This document shows positions 7,014 through 16,719 of a stretch of 32,158 bases of DNA, piece by piece (positions within the stretch are counted from its first letter, which is position 1; each line of letters starts with the position of its first letter). Made by a program: the position numbers and the translations under genes. This DNA comes from Candidatus Hydrogenedentota bacterium (GTDB lineage: Bacteria; Hydrogenedentota; Hydrogenedentia; Hydrogenedentales; SLHB01). The DNA lies in NCBI GenBank assembly GCA_034408725.1, contig JAWXCN010000128.1, forward strand, positions 1 through 32,158, written 5' to 3'. The notes below the pieces were generated by a model. That model ran no database searches. It saw only the letters and a program-made list of their open reading frames with translations, and was not told the origin of the DNA.

Positions 7014-10000
7014 CTATTTTGCGAGCGCGGCCACGCAATCGAGCATTTCTTCGCGCAAGCCTTCAACCGTCTCATCATTGTTTGAGGCGTCGAGCACGTA
7101 CCGCGCAACGCCGACGCGGGCCTGCTCCATTGTCTGGGCAGAAATTTTCTTGACGGTCTCGTTTAGAAGCGCGCGGATTTTTGATTTCACTGCTTCGCTG
7201 ATTGCGGAATCTTCCAACTTTGCCCGTAGCGCAAGCAGGATTCGGGCATCTTCCATGCCTTCGCGAACGGCTTCCCAGCGGCGACAGGACGTCGTTGTGC
7301 CGTCGGAGTTCGCGTAGACTAACGGGTACTCGAATTGCACGCGGCCCCACATGGGTTCGCCGATGTTGTAGCTCCAGTAGCCGAGGCCGGTCGCGCCGTA
7401 GTTCATGGCGATGATGGGCGCAAGGCGGTATTGCGCGACGACGTTTGTCGCTTTGGTGTTTGCGCCGATGGGACGCGAGAACGTGTACGCGCAATCGTAG
7501 CTCCACAAAGTTTTGCCACTTTTGCGGAGCAGGTCCATCTCCGGTGATTCATCCGCGAGCATGAAGAATGCGGGACACCATACGCCCGCGACTTCGGCGA
7601 ACTCCTTGAACATCGGGAGGTCGCCGCCACCGTTGATGTAAAACTTCAGCGCGGGCCGCGCCTTCAAACCTTGCCGCGCGAATGCGGTGTACTTGCGCAC
7701 GGTATCCCAGCCGTGTCCACCGGGTTCGTCGTAGGGATACATAGCGACGCGATCTTCATTGATGCCAGCGGCTTTCAAGCGTACAAACAACTGGTCGAGG
7801 TAGTTTGCCAACCGCGGCACGTACTCTGCGCTGTCTTCCGGAACGCCAAGGGAGGGAATGCCGTTGAAGAGGAGATACACGTCGTGGCCCTTCAACGGCG
7901 CGACGAATTTGTCTAAGGCAACAAAATCGACACTAACGGTTGAACCGTCTTCGCCGATGGATGCGGAAGGAAGCGTTGCGATGAAGACCGTGTTGCCGTG
8001 CGCGAGCAAGTCTTTGACCACATGCTCGTTGTACTGCGCCCAACAGCAGAGACGCATGTTCTCGTATGCCGCCATTTCAAACGGCAGCACTTCGAGAACA
8101 ATTTGGACCGCGACTGTCGACGAGCCGGTATCAAATGTGACAGAGGTGGTGTATTCGCCGGGTTTCGCGTGGGCGAGATCGAGGTCAATCCACACTTCGC
8201 GCGATTCCAGCCCGGGTATTTCTATCGGCCCGTCGCGAAGGGGAACGATGGGGTCCCAGGCAACGGTATCCACATTTGCGGGGACCTGCTTGACTTGAAA
8301 CATGGTCGCGACGGGTCCGTTATTTGAAGGGGCGGCGCCGGCGGTGACTGAAACGGTCTCCGAGGTAACGTTCATCAGCTTTATGGAAACCGGTTCGTGT
8401 TCACCCGTGACGCACCGGCGATGGATTCGGGAATACGAGTTGGTGCTTTTTGGCAACTGATGGTTAACATCGCGGCTTTCCCAAGTGTCCGTCGTGAATG
8501 CCACGAGCTGCGCTCCTGGTGTAGCTTCGAGATCGGACGCGGCATTGGCCAGTGCAAGGGCACGGCGCGCACGAAAATTGAGAGATTCAGTGCGATTTTC
8601 GATTTCCTGAATGAGACCAGCGTTTGCGCCCGGCATGGCGGCCTGCAAATTTGTGAGGGCGGCATGTTCTTCGATGAGTGATTGTGACTCTGCCGACAGG
8701 GCTTTGTGAGCCAGCGTGCCGCCGGTCTCGAATTGCACGGCAAGCAGGGCGCGCTGCACCAGCGCGTTATCGTTTGCGAAGGGCTGTAACGTCAGCGAAC
8801 GCGAACCGGTGGCGATGTTTTCGCCACCGGCGCCGCGCAAAGACCATTCGAATTCGTACACGCCCGGCGCGGTGATCGCCAGCGGCATTTCAAGTACACC
8901 GCTTGTGCCGGCTACCTTGCTGACGGCGGATTGCCGCGAGCCATCCGGGCGCAGGCACATGACTTCGGCGTTGAGGGTTTCTCCGCCGGGGTTGGCGATA
9001 TCGAATCGAACGGCATCACGGGTGAGCAGTTGGTCCCACGCAAGGTTTTGCGGGTGCATTCTCGCGACGCTCGCGCGTGAACGGTCGGCTGCAAATGCGT
9101 TAAGCCGGACGTCTCCGCGGTAGGTGCGCCAGGGGGATTGCGCATCGACAGGCGCTGACGTGGAAAAGCAAAACAGCTTTCCCGATTCACCGCCGGTGAC
9201 AGAAAATTCGAGGCCGGGCCGTTCCTTCATGATGTCGCCAAACGACGGGGTTACGTTGATGGTGCGGTTATTGAATTGATGGCTGAACGTGATTGCGCCT
9301 TCCTGATTAAACACGAACAGGCCGCCGTTCTGGGTGCAGAGAACATAGTCGAGTTTGCCATCGCCATCGATGTCAATGATCGCGCCGGGGGCGAGGCTTC
9401 GGCCTTGCGTGTCGATGTCCCATATCGTTTTGCCGGTTTCATCGAAGCGATACAGGATGCCTAACTGTGTCACCGCGAAAAGGTCTGCGCGGCCATCAGC
9501 GTCGAAGTCGCCCGCGGATAGTGTGGATGCGACGGCGCCGCGGGTGGAGTGCTCCCAAAGCGGTTTGCCGGCGGCGTCGAGGCAAACGACGCGCTCCTTG
9601 CCCGATGCGCATGCAACCCGTGGTGTGCCATGCGAATCGTGAAACACGATGGGCGAGCACGTGGCCCAATCCGGCGTTGTTCCCGCGAGGTCATAGTTCC
9701 ACAAAACATCACCACTGGAATTCAGCGCGAAGATTTTTCCGGTCGAGGTCGCGAGGGCGATTTCGAGCGAGCCGTCGTTATTCAAATCCGCAATGGCGAC
9801 GCTTGAACATTCGCCTTCGAGTGGTTTGGTCCAGACAGGTTTACCGGTGAGTGCGTCGAAGACGTTTACCGCGCCTGATTTGTCGCTTTGGACGACTTCA
9901 ACGGAACCATCGGCGGTGAGGTCTGCAATCGCGGGTGTTGAGCAAAAGACGGGCGCGATTTCCGCATGCCACACAACATTGCCAAGCCCGTCTAGACAGG

Positions 10001-10328
10001 TGAACGCGCCGTGGTTGTCACCCGCGTAGATGAGAGGCGGTTGTCCATCACGCTCGAAGATGGCAGGGCAAGTTTGGTATCGGCCCGGGGTGTCGAACCG
10101 CCATAGCTCTTTGCCGTTGCCATCAATCGCGATGATGTTTTCGTATGCGGCAGTGATGATTTCGGCGTCGCCGTCGTTGTCAAGATCGATGGTTATGGGC
10201 GAGCCTTCCATGATCATGCTTGTATCAAGCGACCAAAGTTGATCGATAAACGCTGCGTAGGCGGGCGAGTGCAACAGGATTGCGGTAAGGCTAAGGAGGA
10301 ATGTTGGGATAGGACCAGAATTTCGCAA
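7014..10328 (-). CDS. Secreted 1104-aa protein: FG-GAP/PQQ-like beta-propeller repeats plus a C-terminal GH123/DUF4091-like domain
   Basis: TTG start with an AAGGA RBS; signal peptide ending AYA-A. Repeated DLDNDG/DLNNDG/DFDADG motifs and GxxxW blades. C-terminal YDEP, WCP, WSYDC, GLGYW, LVY, S-x-RWEAVREGMED. Confidence 0.8.
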   Translation of the reverse strand: MRNSGPIPTFLLSLTAILLHSPAYAAFIDQLWSLDTSMIMEGSPITIDLDNDGDAEIITAAYENIIAIDGNGKELWRFDTPGRYQTCPAIFERDGQPPLIYAGDNHGAFTCLDGLGNVVWHAEIAPVFCSTPAIADLTADGSVEVVQSDKSGAVNVFDALTGKPVWTKPLEGECSSVAIADLNNDGSLEIALATSTGKIFALNSSGDVLWNYDLAGTTPDWATCSPIVFHDSHGTPRVACASGKERVVCLDAAGKPLWEHSTRGAVASTLSAGDFDADGRADLFAVTQLGILYRFDETGKTIWDIDTQGRSLAPGAIIDIDGDGKLDYVLCTQNGGLFVFNQEGAITFSHQFNNRTINVTPSFGDIMKERPGLEFSVTGGESGKLFCFSTSAPVDAQSPWRTYRGDVRLNAFAADRSRASVARMHPQNLAWDQLLTRDAVRFDIANPGGETLNAEVMCLRPDGSRQSAVSKVAGTSGVLEMPLAITAPGVYEFEWSLRGAGGENIATGSRSLTLQPFANDNALVQRALLAVQFETGGTLAHKALSAESQSLIEEHAALTNLQAAMPGANAGLIQEIENRTESLNFRARRALALANAASDLEATPGAQLVAFTTDTWESRDVNHQLPKSTNSYSRIHRRCVTGEHEPVSIKLMNVTSETVSVTAGAAPSNNGPVATMFQVKQVPANVDTVAWDPIVPLRDGPIEIPGLESREVWIDLDLAHAKPGEYTTSVTFDTGSSTVAVQIVLEVLPFEMAAYENMRLCCWAQYNEHVVKDLLAHGNTVFIATLPSASIGEDGSTVSVDFVALDKFVAPLKGHDVYLLFNGIPSLGVPEDSAEYVPRLANYLDQLFVRLKAAGINEDRVAMYPYDEPGGHGWDTVRKYTAFARQGLKARPALKFYINGGGDLPMFKEFAEVAGVWCPAFFMLADESPEMDLLRKSGKTLWSYDCAYTFSRPIGANTKATNVVAQYRLAPIIAMNYGATGLGYWSYNIGEPMWGRVQFEYPLVYANSDGTTTSCRRWEAVREGMEDARILLALRAKLEDSAISEAVKSKIRALLNETVKKISAQTMEQARVGVARYVLDASNNDETVEGLREEMLDCVAALAK

Positions 10329-10356
10329 AGTCGGGGTTCCTTTTGTGGGTTCTCAT

Positions 10357-10378
10357 TCGTGCTCGTCATCGTAATCGA
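10357..10378. repeat. Short copy of the CGATTACGA(N)GAGCACGA repeat family
   Basis: Reverse complement TCGATTACGATGACGAGCACGA matches motifs at 3868-3900 and 25657-25709. Confidence 0.5.
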
Positions 10379-10447
10379 TATAAGGTCTGCTTATAGAGCA
10401 GACGAAAGCGATTGCTCCGAGACTCGCCGCCCTCGGCGATGGCGGCG

Positions 10448-11086
10448 CTACTTTGGTGGCGGCGTTTCCCCGGTCACACGCCAGGCTTCGTCGAAGAAGG
10501 CGTATTCGAGGGCCATGGCGCGGCGGTAGTGCGCGGGCACGCTTATGTATCCTTGGCCATATCGGTCGAGTAGCGATTCGAGGCGCGCGGCGAGGGCTTC
10601 GAATTCGGCGCTGCTGTAGGTCATGACCCAGTCGCGGTAGGGGCTGGTTTGCGAAAGTTTACCGGAGAGTTGTTGGCCGAGCCACGCGTAGAGCCGCATG
10701 CACGGTGTCATCGCGGCGACTATTTCTCCGACGGAGGCCATGGCCGCGACGCGCAGGAGAAAATCAGTGTATGCCAGTGTGGCGGGCGACGGTTCCGGTT
10801 GGAGGTTGAGATTGTGGCGTTGCGCGAGTTCCTGATGCAACGTCAATTCGTCCAGCACGCCGTCAAGCAATTCCTTGAATGCGAAGAACCCGTCGCGGTC
10901 TGGGGATTTTGCGAGCGCCATGGCGTATGCACGCGCGAAGGCGTCGAGAAAATACGCGTCTTGTTCCATGTACCGCGCAAAACGCTGTGGCGGGAGCGAA
11001 CCATCGGCAAGGCCCTGTACAAATGGATGGTCGAGCGCTGCCTTCGCGACGGTCTCGCAGGATTGCCAGAGCGACTGCGCAATCAT
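10448..11086 (-). CDS. tenA: TenA-family protein (thiaminase II / aminopyrimidine aminohydrolase)
   Basis: HPFVQGLADGSL, F..Y..QDAYFL..F, PCMRLY (catalytic Cys position retained), Y..W...YSS, LEYAFF. Confidence 0.88.
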   Translation of the reverse strand: MIAQSLWQSCETVAKAALDHPFVQGLADGSLPPQRFARYMEQDAYFLDAFARAYAMALAKSPDRDGFFAFKELLDGVLDELTLHQELAQRHNLNLQPEPSPATLAYTDFLLRVAAMASVGEIVAAMTPCMRLYAWLGQQLSGKLSQTSPYRDWVMTYSSAEFEALAARLESLLDRYGQGYISVPAHYRRAMALEYAFFDEAWRVTGETPPPK

Positions 11087-11604
11087 TCAGATTCCGCCAC
11101 GCGAAGAATTGCGGCCATGAACGCGGGCAGGTCTTTCGGAACTTGCGCCGACACGAAGCGCCCATCAACCACGCAAGGTTCATCGACCCAGGTCGCGCCG
11201 GCGTTCTCGAGGTCGTCCTTGATGGCATTGACACTGGTGAGCCGGAGGCCGCGCACGATCTTTGCGCTGATGGGCACCCAGCCCGCGTGACAGATCGCGC
11301 CGACGATTGCGCCGTTTGCCCAGGCGTCGGCGACGAGTTTGTTGCACGCGGGAAAGCGCCGCAACTTGTCCGGCGCGAACCCGCCGGGCACAACGAGAAT
11401 TTTAATCGATTTCGCGTCGATGTCATCGAATGCTGCGTCCGTGATGGCGGGATAGCCTTCCTTCGAGCCGTAGGTTTCGTTCTTTTTGGGTCCAACCACT
11501 TTCACGTCGTATCCTGCTTCTATGAGACGAAGTTTCGGATAGTGTAGTTCCAGGTTCTCGTAAATGTTCTCGGCTAGAACGATGGCCAGACCTTTTGCGG
11601 GCAC
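11083..11604 (-). CDS. PfpI/DJ-1-family type 1 glutamine amidotransferase-like protein
   Basis: GTG start after a GGAG RBS. Motifs YENLELHYP, VPGGFAPDKLR, AICHAGW, VVDG. TGA overlaps the tenA ATG. Confidence 0.9.
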   Translation of the reverse strand: MPAKGLAIVLAENIYENLELHYPKLRLIEAGYDVKVVGPKKNETYGSKEGYPAITDAAFDDIDAKSIKILVVPGGFAPDKLRRFPACNKLVADAWANGAIVGAICHAGWVPISAKIVRGLRLTSVNAIKDDLENAGATWVDEPCVVDGRFVSAQVPKDLPAFMAAILRVAESE

Positions 11605-11642
11605 GGTAAGACTCCTTGTATTTAGATAAGGCTACCATTTTC

Positions 11643-11808
11643 GCGGGAGGGCGCGCGTCCTCCCGCGCTTTTGTATTCATTGACAGTTGGGATAATTCAG
11701 CGCGCGGGTACGCGCGCCCTCCCGTTCAGTTTTTCTTTGCGTCCTCGCGCGTTTTTGTATTCATTCGCGGTTGGCATATTCAGCGCGCGGGTACGCGCGC
11801 CCTCCCGT
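11643..11808. repeat. REP-like GC-rich hairpin plus two ~67-bp imperfect direct repeats
   Basis: Hairpin GCGGGAGG-GCGCGCGT-CCTCCCGC (11643-11666). Units 11659-11725 and 11743-11808 share TTTTGTATTCATT...ATTCAGCGCGCGGGTACGCGCGCCCTCCCGT. Confidence 0.75.
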
Positions 11809-12942
11809 GGTGGTGTAGTCGCGCGCAATTTTCTTTGCGATGCGCTGCGCGTCGATGGCGATTTGCCGCAACAGACCCGTCGGCGGATTGTCGAACCCGA
11901 GAAAATACAGGCCCGTGCGCGCAGATTCTCCGGCGGGCGGAATCGGATAGCCCGCTTCATCGGTTAACTCGTGCGCATCTTCCAAGAACTCGTCGAGCCT
12001 GGGCTTGTACCCTGTTGCCAGAATTACCGCGTCATAGGAATGTTCCTGTCCATCGGTGAACGCCACGCCTTCTTTCGTGAATCGCGAAATGCCCGGCTTC
12101 ACGGTAATCGCACCGTTCTTAATGAGGTCCAGAGTGCCGACATCGATGAGCGCGACGCGTCCGAAACGCTCGACGCTCTCGACGGGCCCGAACTCGGGCC
12201 ATTGCAAACCATAACGGGAAAGATCACCGATGGACAAGTGGGCGAGGTGCTTACTGACAAAATATCGAAGTTTTTTCGGAAGCTTGCTCAAGGTGATTCC
12301 CGTCACTTGCGCGGGCGTACCGAGATAGTCGCGTAGAATTACGTTGATCGGACTGCGCACGCAAATGTGGACGGCCGCGGCGCCGTGCTCGTGCAGATCG
12401 ATGGCAATTTCTCCGCCGGTGTTTCCGATGCCTACCACCAGCACGCGCTTACCGCGATACGCATCGCCATCGCGGTATTCGGCGCTGTGGTACACGGCGC
12501 CCTGGAACGCCTCACGGTCCGGCCATTTCGGGATCAGTGGGCGGCGGTTGTATCCGCTGGCTACCACGACACGTTCCGAATGGTACTCATTCTGCGAAGT
12601 CCTGGTTTCCCACGCGCCATTCATTTTCTTTATGGCGGTTACGTCTTCGCCGAGATGCGGCTGGATATTGAAGTGTTTCGCGTACGCATTGAAATAATCA
12701 ACGACAGCCTGACGCGATGGATATTTTTCGACCTCGCCCGGAAACGCGTAATGAGGGAGATTAGAGAAGCGCTTTACGGTATGCAGATGCAGCCGGTCGT
12801 AGTGGTTGCGCCAAGCGTTGCCGACATGTTGCGAACGCTCGACGACGATATGGGGCACATTGGCGCGCATGAGGCAAGCGGCGATTGCGAGGCCGGACGG
12901 ACCCGCGCCGACGATAATCGTGTCAGTGGAGATTGCACCCAT
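11761..12942 (-). CDS. Flavin-containing monooxygenase (class B, YUCCA-like)
   Basis: Likely start ATG 12942. FAD motif GAGPSG, WRNHYDRLHLH, ASGY, FMO fingerprint FQGAVYHSAEY, NADPH motif GIGNTG, ATGY. Confidence 0.88.
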   Translation of the reverse strand: MGAISTDTIIVGAGPSGLAIAACLMRANVPHIVVERSQHVGNAWRNHYDRLHLHTVKRFSNLPHYAFPGEVEKYPSRQAVVDYFNAYAKHFNIQPHLGEDVTAIKKMNGAWETRTSQNEYHSERVVVASGYNRRPLIPKWPDREAFQGAVYHSAEYRDGDAYRGKRVLVVGIGNTGGEIAIDLHEHGAAAVHICVRSPINVILRDYLGTPAQVTGITLSKLPKKLRYFVSKHLAHLSIGDLSRYGLQWPEFGPVESVERFGRVALIDVGTLDLIKNGAITVKPGISRFTKEGVAFTDGQEHSYDAVILATGYKPRLDEFLEDAHELTDEAGYPIPPAGESARTGLYFLGFDNPPTGLLRQIAIDAQRIAKKIARDYTTTGGRAYPRAEYANRE

Positions 12943-13119
12943 CACGCCAGTATGGCGCGGCGGAAATAGCCTGTAAAGTCGGGCGCGCTTTTGACATAGT
13001 CCGGCAAACATGGAAGAATGCACAGGCCTCGCATCAGGCGAAGGCGAAAAACCGTTTTGGCCGCGCAGATAGAGCCATGCGTGGTGAGCACGCCCCCGGA
13101 TACGGAAAGGAAATTGACA

Positions 13120-15078
13120 TTGAGCACAGCAATCGATCACGTCCTCACGGAAACACGCCTGTTTGAGCCCAGCCCAGAGTTTAAGGCCAAGGCCGTTGTA
13201 CCATCGCGTGAAGAATATAATCGGTTGTACCGCGAATCATTGGAGAATCCGGACGCATTTTGGGGAAAAGCGGCTGAAGAACTGCATTGGTTCAAGAAGT
13301 GGGACCGCGTGCTGAATGACGACAATGCGCCGTTCTATAAATGGTACGAAGGCGGGCAGACGAACCTTTCGTACAACTGCCTTGACCGTCATCTTACGAC
13401 GTGGCGGAAGAACAAGGCCGCGATTATCTGGGAAGGCGAACCCTATGGCCAACGCACGATACTGACTTACCGCGAGCTTCACCGGCAGGTGTCGAAGTTT
13501 GCGAATGTGCTTAAAGAACTTGGCGCGAAAGCCGGCGACCGTGTGGCGATTTACATGCCCATGGTCCCGGAGCTTGCGATTGCGATGCTGGCCTGCGCGC
13601 GCATTGGCGCTCCGCACTCGATCATATTCGGGGGGTTCTCGGCGACGGCGATTGTAGACCGCGTGAATGACGCGGGCGCGACCATCGTTATCACGGCCGA
13701 TGGCGGGTATCGCCGCGGCGCAGTGGTTGAATTGAAGAAGGCGGTGGACGAGGCGCTTGCGAAATGCCCTACCGTGCGCAAAGTCGTGGTTGTAGAGCGG
13801 ACGAAGACACCCGTGAAGATGGTGCATGGGCGGGACGTGTTTTGGCACGAAGCAATGGAGAGCGCAAGTGATGTGTGCCCCGCGGAAGCGCTAGACGCTG
13901 AGCATCCGTTGTACATTCTGTATACCTCTGGATCGACGGGCAAGCCCAAAGGAATTTTGCACACGACCGGCGGATACATGGTTGGCACCTACCTGACCGC
14001 TAAATATGTCTTTGATTTGCGCGAGGAAGACACGTACTGGTGTACGGCCGATATCGGTTGGGTCACCGGCCACAGTTACACGATCTACGGCATACTTGCA
14101 AACGGCGCGACAAGCGTGATGTACGAAGGAGCGCCAAACCATCCCACGCCGGACCGGTTCTGGCAGATCATCGAACGCTACCAGGTCAATGTGTTTTATA
14201 CGGCGCCGACGGCCATTCGCGCGTTTTCGCGATGGGGCGAGGGTTGGCCGGCGAAGCATGATCTCAGCAGTCTGCGCCTCCTCGGTAGTGTTGGCGAGCC
14301 GATCAATCCCGAAGCATGGATGTGGTATTACAAGCACATCGGACGTGAGAACTGTCCTATTGTCGATACGTGGTGGCAGACCGAGACGGGGGCGATCATG
14401 ATCACGACGCTTCCGGGCGCGATGAGCGCGAAGCCAGGTTCCGCCGGTTTGCCGTTTTTTGGCGTGCAGCCGGCGATTGTCGATGAAGAGGGAAACGACG
14501 TGGGTCAAAGCAGCGGTTTGTTGGTGGTGCAAAAACCGTTTCCTTCAATGTTGCGCACGCTGTACGGAGATGACGCGCGGTACAAAGAAGTTTATTGGTC
14601 GAAGTTCGCGAAACAGGGCTGGTATTTCACCGGTGATGGCGCATTTCAGGACAAAGACGGCTACTTCATGATCATCGGCCGGATAGATGATGTCATCAAC
14701 GTTTCCGGCCATCGGCTTGGCACAATGGAGATCGAGTCCGCATTGGTGTCGCATCCGATGGTTTCCGAAGCGGCGGTCGTGGGCTATCCGCACGATCTCA
14801 AGGGCCAAGCTGTGTGCGCATTTGTTTCCGTTCCCGTCGGCACGACCCCAACGGAGAAAGACAAGGACACGTTGCGCGAACATGTCGCGAAGGAGATTGG
14901 GGCAATCGCCAAGCCGGACATCATACGATTTACCGACGCTCTGCCAAAAACGCGATCTGGAAAAATCATGCGCAGGCTTCTGCGCGATATAGCGGCGGGC
15001 CGGGACACGGTGGGTGATACGACGACGCTGGAAGATTTCGGCGTGTTGGCTAAACTGCGGGAAGACCAGGAAGCGTAG
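13120..15078 (+). CDS. acs: Acetyl-CoA synthetase (acetate--CoA ligase)
   Basis: TTG start 13120 after AAAGGA. Motifs [52 protein letters not shown]. Confidence 0.95.
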   Translation: MSTAIDHVLTETRLFEPSPEFKAKAVVPSREEYNRLYRESLENPDAFWGKAAEELHWFKKWDRVLNDDNAPFYKWYEGGQTNLSYNCLDRHLTTWRKNKAAIIWEGEPYGQRTILTYRELHRQVSKFANVLKELGAKAGDRVAIYMPMVPELAIAMLACARIGAPHSIIFGGFSATAIVDRVNDAGATIVITADGGYRRGAVVELKKAVDEALAKCPTVRKVVVVERTKTPVKMVHGRDVFWHEAMESASDVCPAEALDAEHPLYILYTSGSTGKPKGILHTTGGYMVGTYLTAKYVFDLREEDTYWCTADIGWVTGHSYTIYGILANGATSVMYEGAPNHPTPDRFWQIIERYQVNVFYTAPTAIRAFSRWGEGWPAKHDLSSLRLLGSVGEPINPEAWMWYYKHIGRENCPIVDTWWQTETGAIMITTLPGAMSAKPGSAGLPFFGVQPAIVDEEGNDVGQSSGLLVVQKPFPSMLRTLYGDDARYKEVYWSKFAKQGWYFTGDGAFQDKDGYFMIIGRIDDVINVSGHRLGTMEIESALVSHPMVSEAAVVGYPHDLKGQAVCAFVSVPVGTTPTEKDKDTLREHVAKEIGAIAKPDIIRFTDALPKTRSGKIMRRLLRDIAAGRDTVGDTTTLEDFGVLAKLREDQEA

Positions 15079-15145
15079 GTTAATGGGGGATGCTGAATCC
15101 AGGCTCCGAAGTTGCAGCGTGGTGATCAATTGGAGGAAGTTCTGA

Positions 15146-16039
15146 ATGCGGGCCCGGAAGCTAGCGATACTATTGGCGTTCATTGCAATGAGCGTTTTTG
15201 CAGGTTCAGCCTATGCAGACGATGGGTTCAAGCCGAACGGTCTTGTGATCCTGATGACGGACTATGGCACCGATTCCATCTACGTCGGGATCATCAAGGG
15301 CGCGATGTATACCAAATTTCCCGGAGTCCGCGTGGACGATCTCAGCAATTCCGTGCCACCCTTCGACATTACCGCGGGCGCGTACCTTTTGGTCGAGGCC
15401 GCGGGTGAATACCCTTTGGGGACGGTGTTTGTCACGATAGTGGATCCCGGCGTCGGCACACCGCGAAAACCGGTGGTGGTTGAGACGAAGAACGGCTACT
15501 GTTTTGTTGGGCCGGATAACGGAATGCTGACGCTGATTGCCGAGCGGTTTGGGATCAAGCAGGCGCGTGAGTTGACCAACAAGGAATTATGGCGCGCGGA
15601 AACGACATCGACCGTATTTCACGGGCGTGATATTTTTGGTCCTGTTGGGGCATCGCTCGCGAATGGGGTGGCGGTGGAGAGCGCGGGACCGGCGCTCGAA
15701 AAGATCACGATGCTCGACATCAAGCGCAGCACGGTTGAGCACGGCGTTGCGAAGGGGACTGTCATACGGACTGATCCATACGGAAACGTCATTACGAATA
15801 TAGCTGTCGCAGACCTTGAAGCACTCGGTGTACAGTTGGGAGACACGCTTGAAGTCACGGTCGGAAAATCTGCGTGGAGTGCGCCGTTTAAGCGAACCTA
15901 CGCGGAGGTGTCCGAGGGGCAGCGACTGGTGGTAGTTCAAAGCTCGGGGTTTGTCGAGTGCGCGATTAATAAAGGTTCTCTTACCGGTGCGATTCAAGAG
16001 GGTTTTGGCGCGGAGGTTGCCGTGAGGAAGGCGAAGTAA
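15146..16039 (+). CDS. DUF62 SAM hydroxide adenosyltransferase (chlorinase/fluorinase superfamily) with a predicted signal peptide
   Basis: GGAGG RBS. Motifs TDYG, VDPGVGTPR, GPDNG, TVFHGRDIF, DPYGNVITN. N-terminal leader MRARKLAILLAFIAMSVFAGSAYA-D. Confidence 0.88.
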   Translation: MRARKLAILLAFIAMSVFAGSAYADDGFKPNGLVILMTDYGTDSIYVGIIKGAMYTKFPGVRVDDLSNSVPPFDITAGAYLLVEAAGEYPLGTVFVTIVDPGVGTPRKPVVVETKNGYCFVGPDNGMLTLIAERFGIKQARELTNKELWRAETTSTVFHGRDIFGPVGASLANGVAVESAGPALEKITMLDIKRSTVEHGVAKGTVIRTDPYGNVITNIAVADLEALGVQLGDTLEVTVGKSAWSAPFKRTYAEVSEGQRLVVVQSSGFVECAINKGSLTGAIQEGFGAEVAVRKAK

Positions 16040-16710
16040 TGTCTTCGACGCTACGCCAAATGTTTTCAGAGATTTATGATCGGCTTCAAACGCATTTTGG
16101 GCCGACGCACTGGTGGCCAGGTGATACGCCATTCGAGATTGCGGTAGGCGCGATTCTGGTTCAGAACACGGCTTGGGTGAACGTCGAAAAAGCGATCCGG
16201 AACCTCAAAGCCGCGGACATGCTGTATCCAACGTCGATTTTGCATGCCGATGAAGCGGCCCTTCAAAAATTGCTGCGACCGTCAGGGTTCTTTCGCGTGA
16301 AGAGTGTTCGATTGCGAAACTTCTGCCGGTATTTTGTCGAGCGGTATGACGGCGATTTCGAGCGCATGGCCGAGCGGTCTTTGGAAGAATTGCGCGCGGA
16401 GTTGTTGCAGGTGCCGGGGATTGGGCCGGAAACCGCGGACGATATACTCCTTTACGCGTGCAACAAGCCGGTGTTTGTGGTGGATGCGTATACGCGCCGG
16501 ATGCTGAGCCGGCACGGGTTGGCAAAGTCTGCGATGCCCTATGAAGAACTGCGCGCGTTGTTTGAACGGAACCTTGATTCCGATCTGCACATGTTCAAGG
16601 AATATCATGGATTGATTGTGAGTGCCGGGAAAGATTTTTGCCGGCGCGCGCCAAAATGCGAGTTGTGTCCGCTGGGCCCGATGCTCAAAAACGGCAGGCC
16701 GAAACAATAG
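16039..16710 (+). CDS. Endonuclease III-related HhH-GPD DNA glycosylase-family protein
   Basis: WWP, GAILVQNTAW.NV, HhH LLQVPGIGPETAD, VVDAYTRR, C-terminal Cys cluster. TAATG overlap with the upstream gene. Confidence 0.9.
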   Translation: MSSTLRQMFSEIYDRLQTHFGPTHWWPGDTPFEIAVGAILVQNTAWVNVEKAIRNLKAADMLYPTSILHADEAALQKLLRPSGFFRVKSVRLRNFCRYFVERYDGDFERMAERSLEELRAELLQVPGIGPETADDILLYACNKPVFVVDAYTRRMLSRHGLAKSAMPYEELRALFERNLDSDLHMFKEYHGLIVSAGKDFCRRAPKCELCPLGPMLKNGRPKQ

Positions 16711-16719
16711 GGACCGGCG

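Noticed and set aside
11605-11760. TPP riboswitch upstream of pfpI-tenA
   Set aside because: No CTGAGA or CCTGA...TAATGC aptamer hallmarks on the coding strand; the region is explained by repeats.
11659-11808. Mini CRISPR array
   Set aside because: Only two long imperfect units with no proper repeat-spacer structure, no cas genes, and one unit is coding.
12943-13140. Overlapping 5' extensions of the FMO (to 13140) and acs (from 13018)
   Set aside because: The divergent genes would overlap. Domain boundaries and RBS favour starts at 12942 and 13120.
15146-16039. Fluorinase/chlorinase assignment
   Set aside because: The Asp-Arg-His residues (FHGRD) indicate the DUF62 hydrolase type, and there is no halometabolite cluster context.
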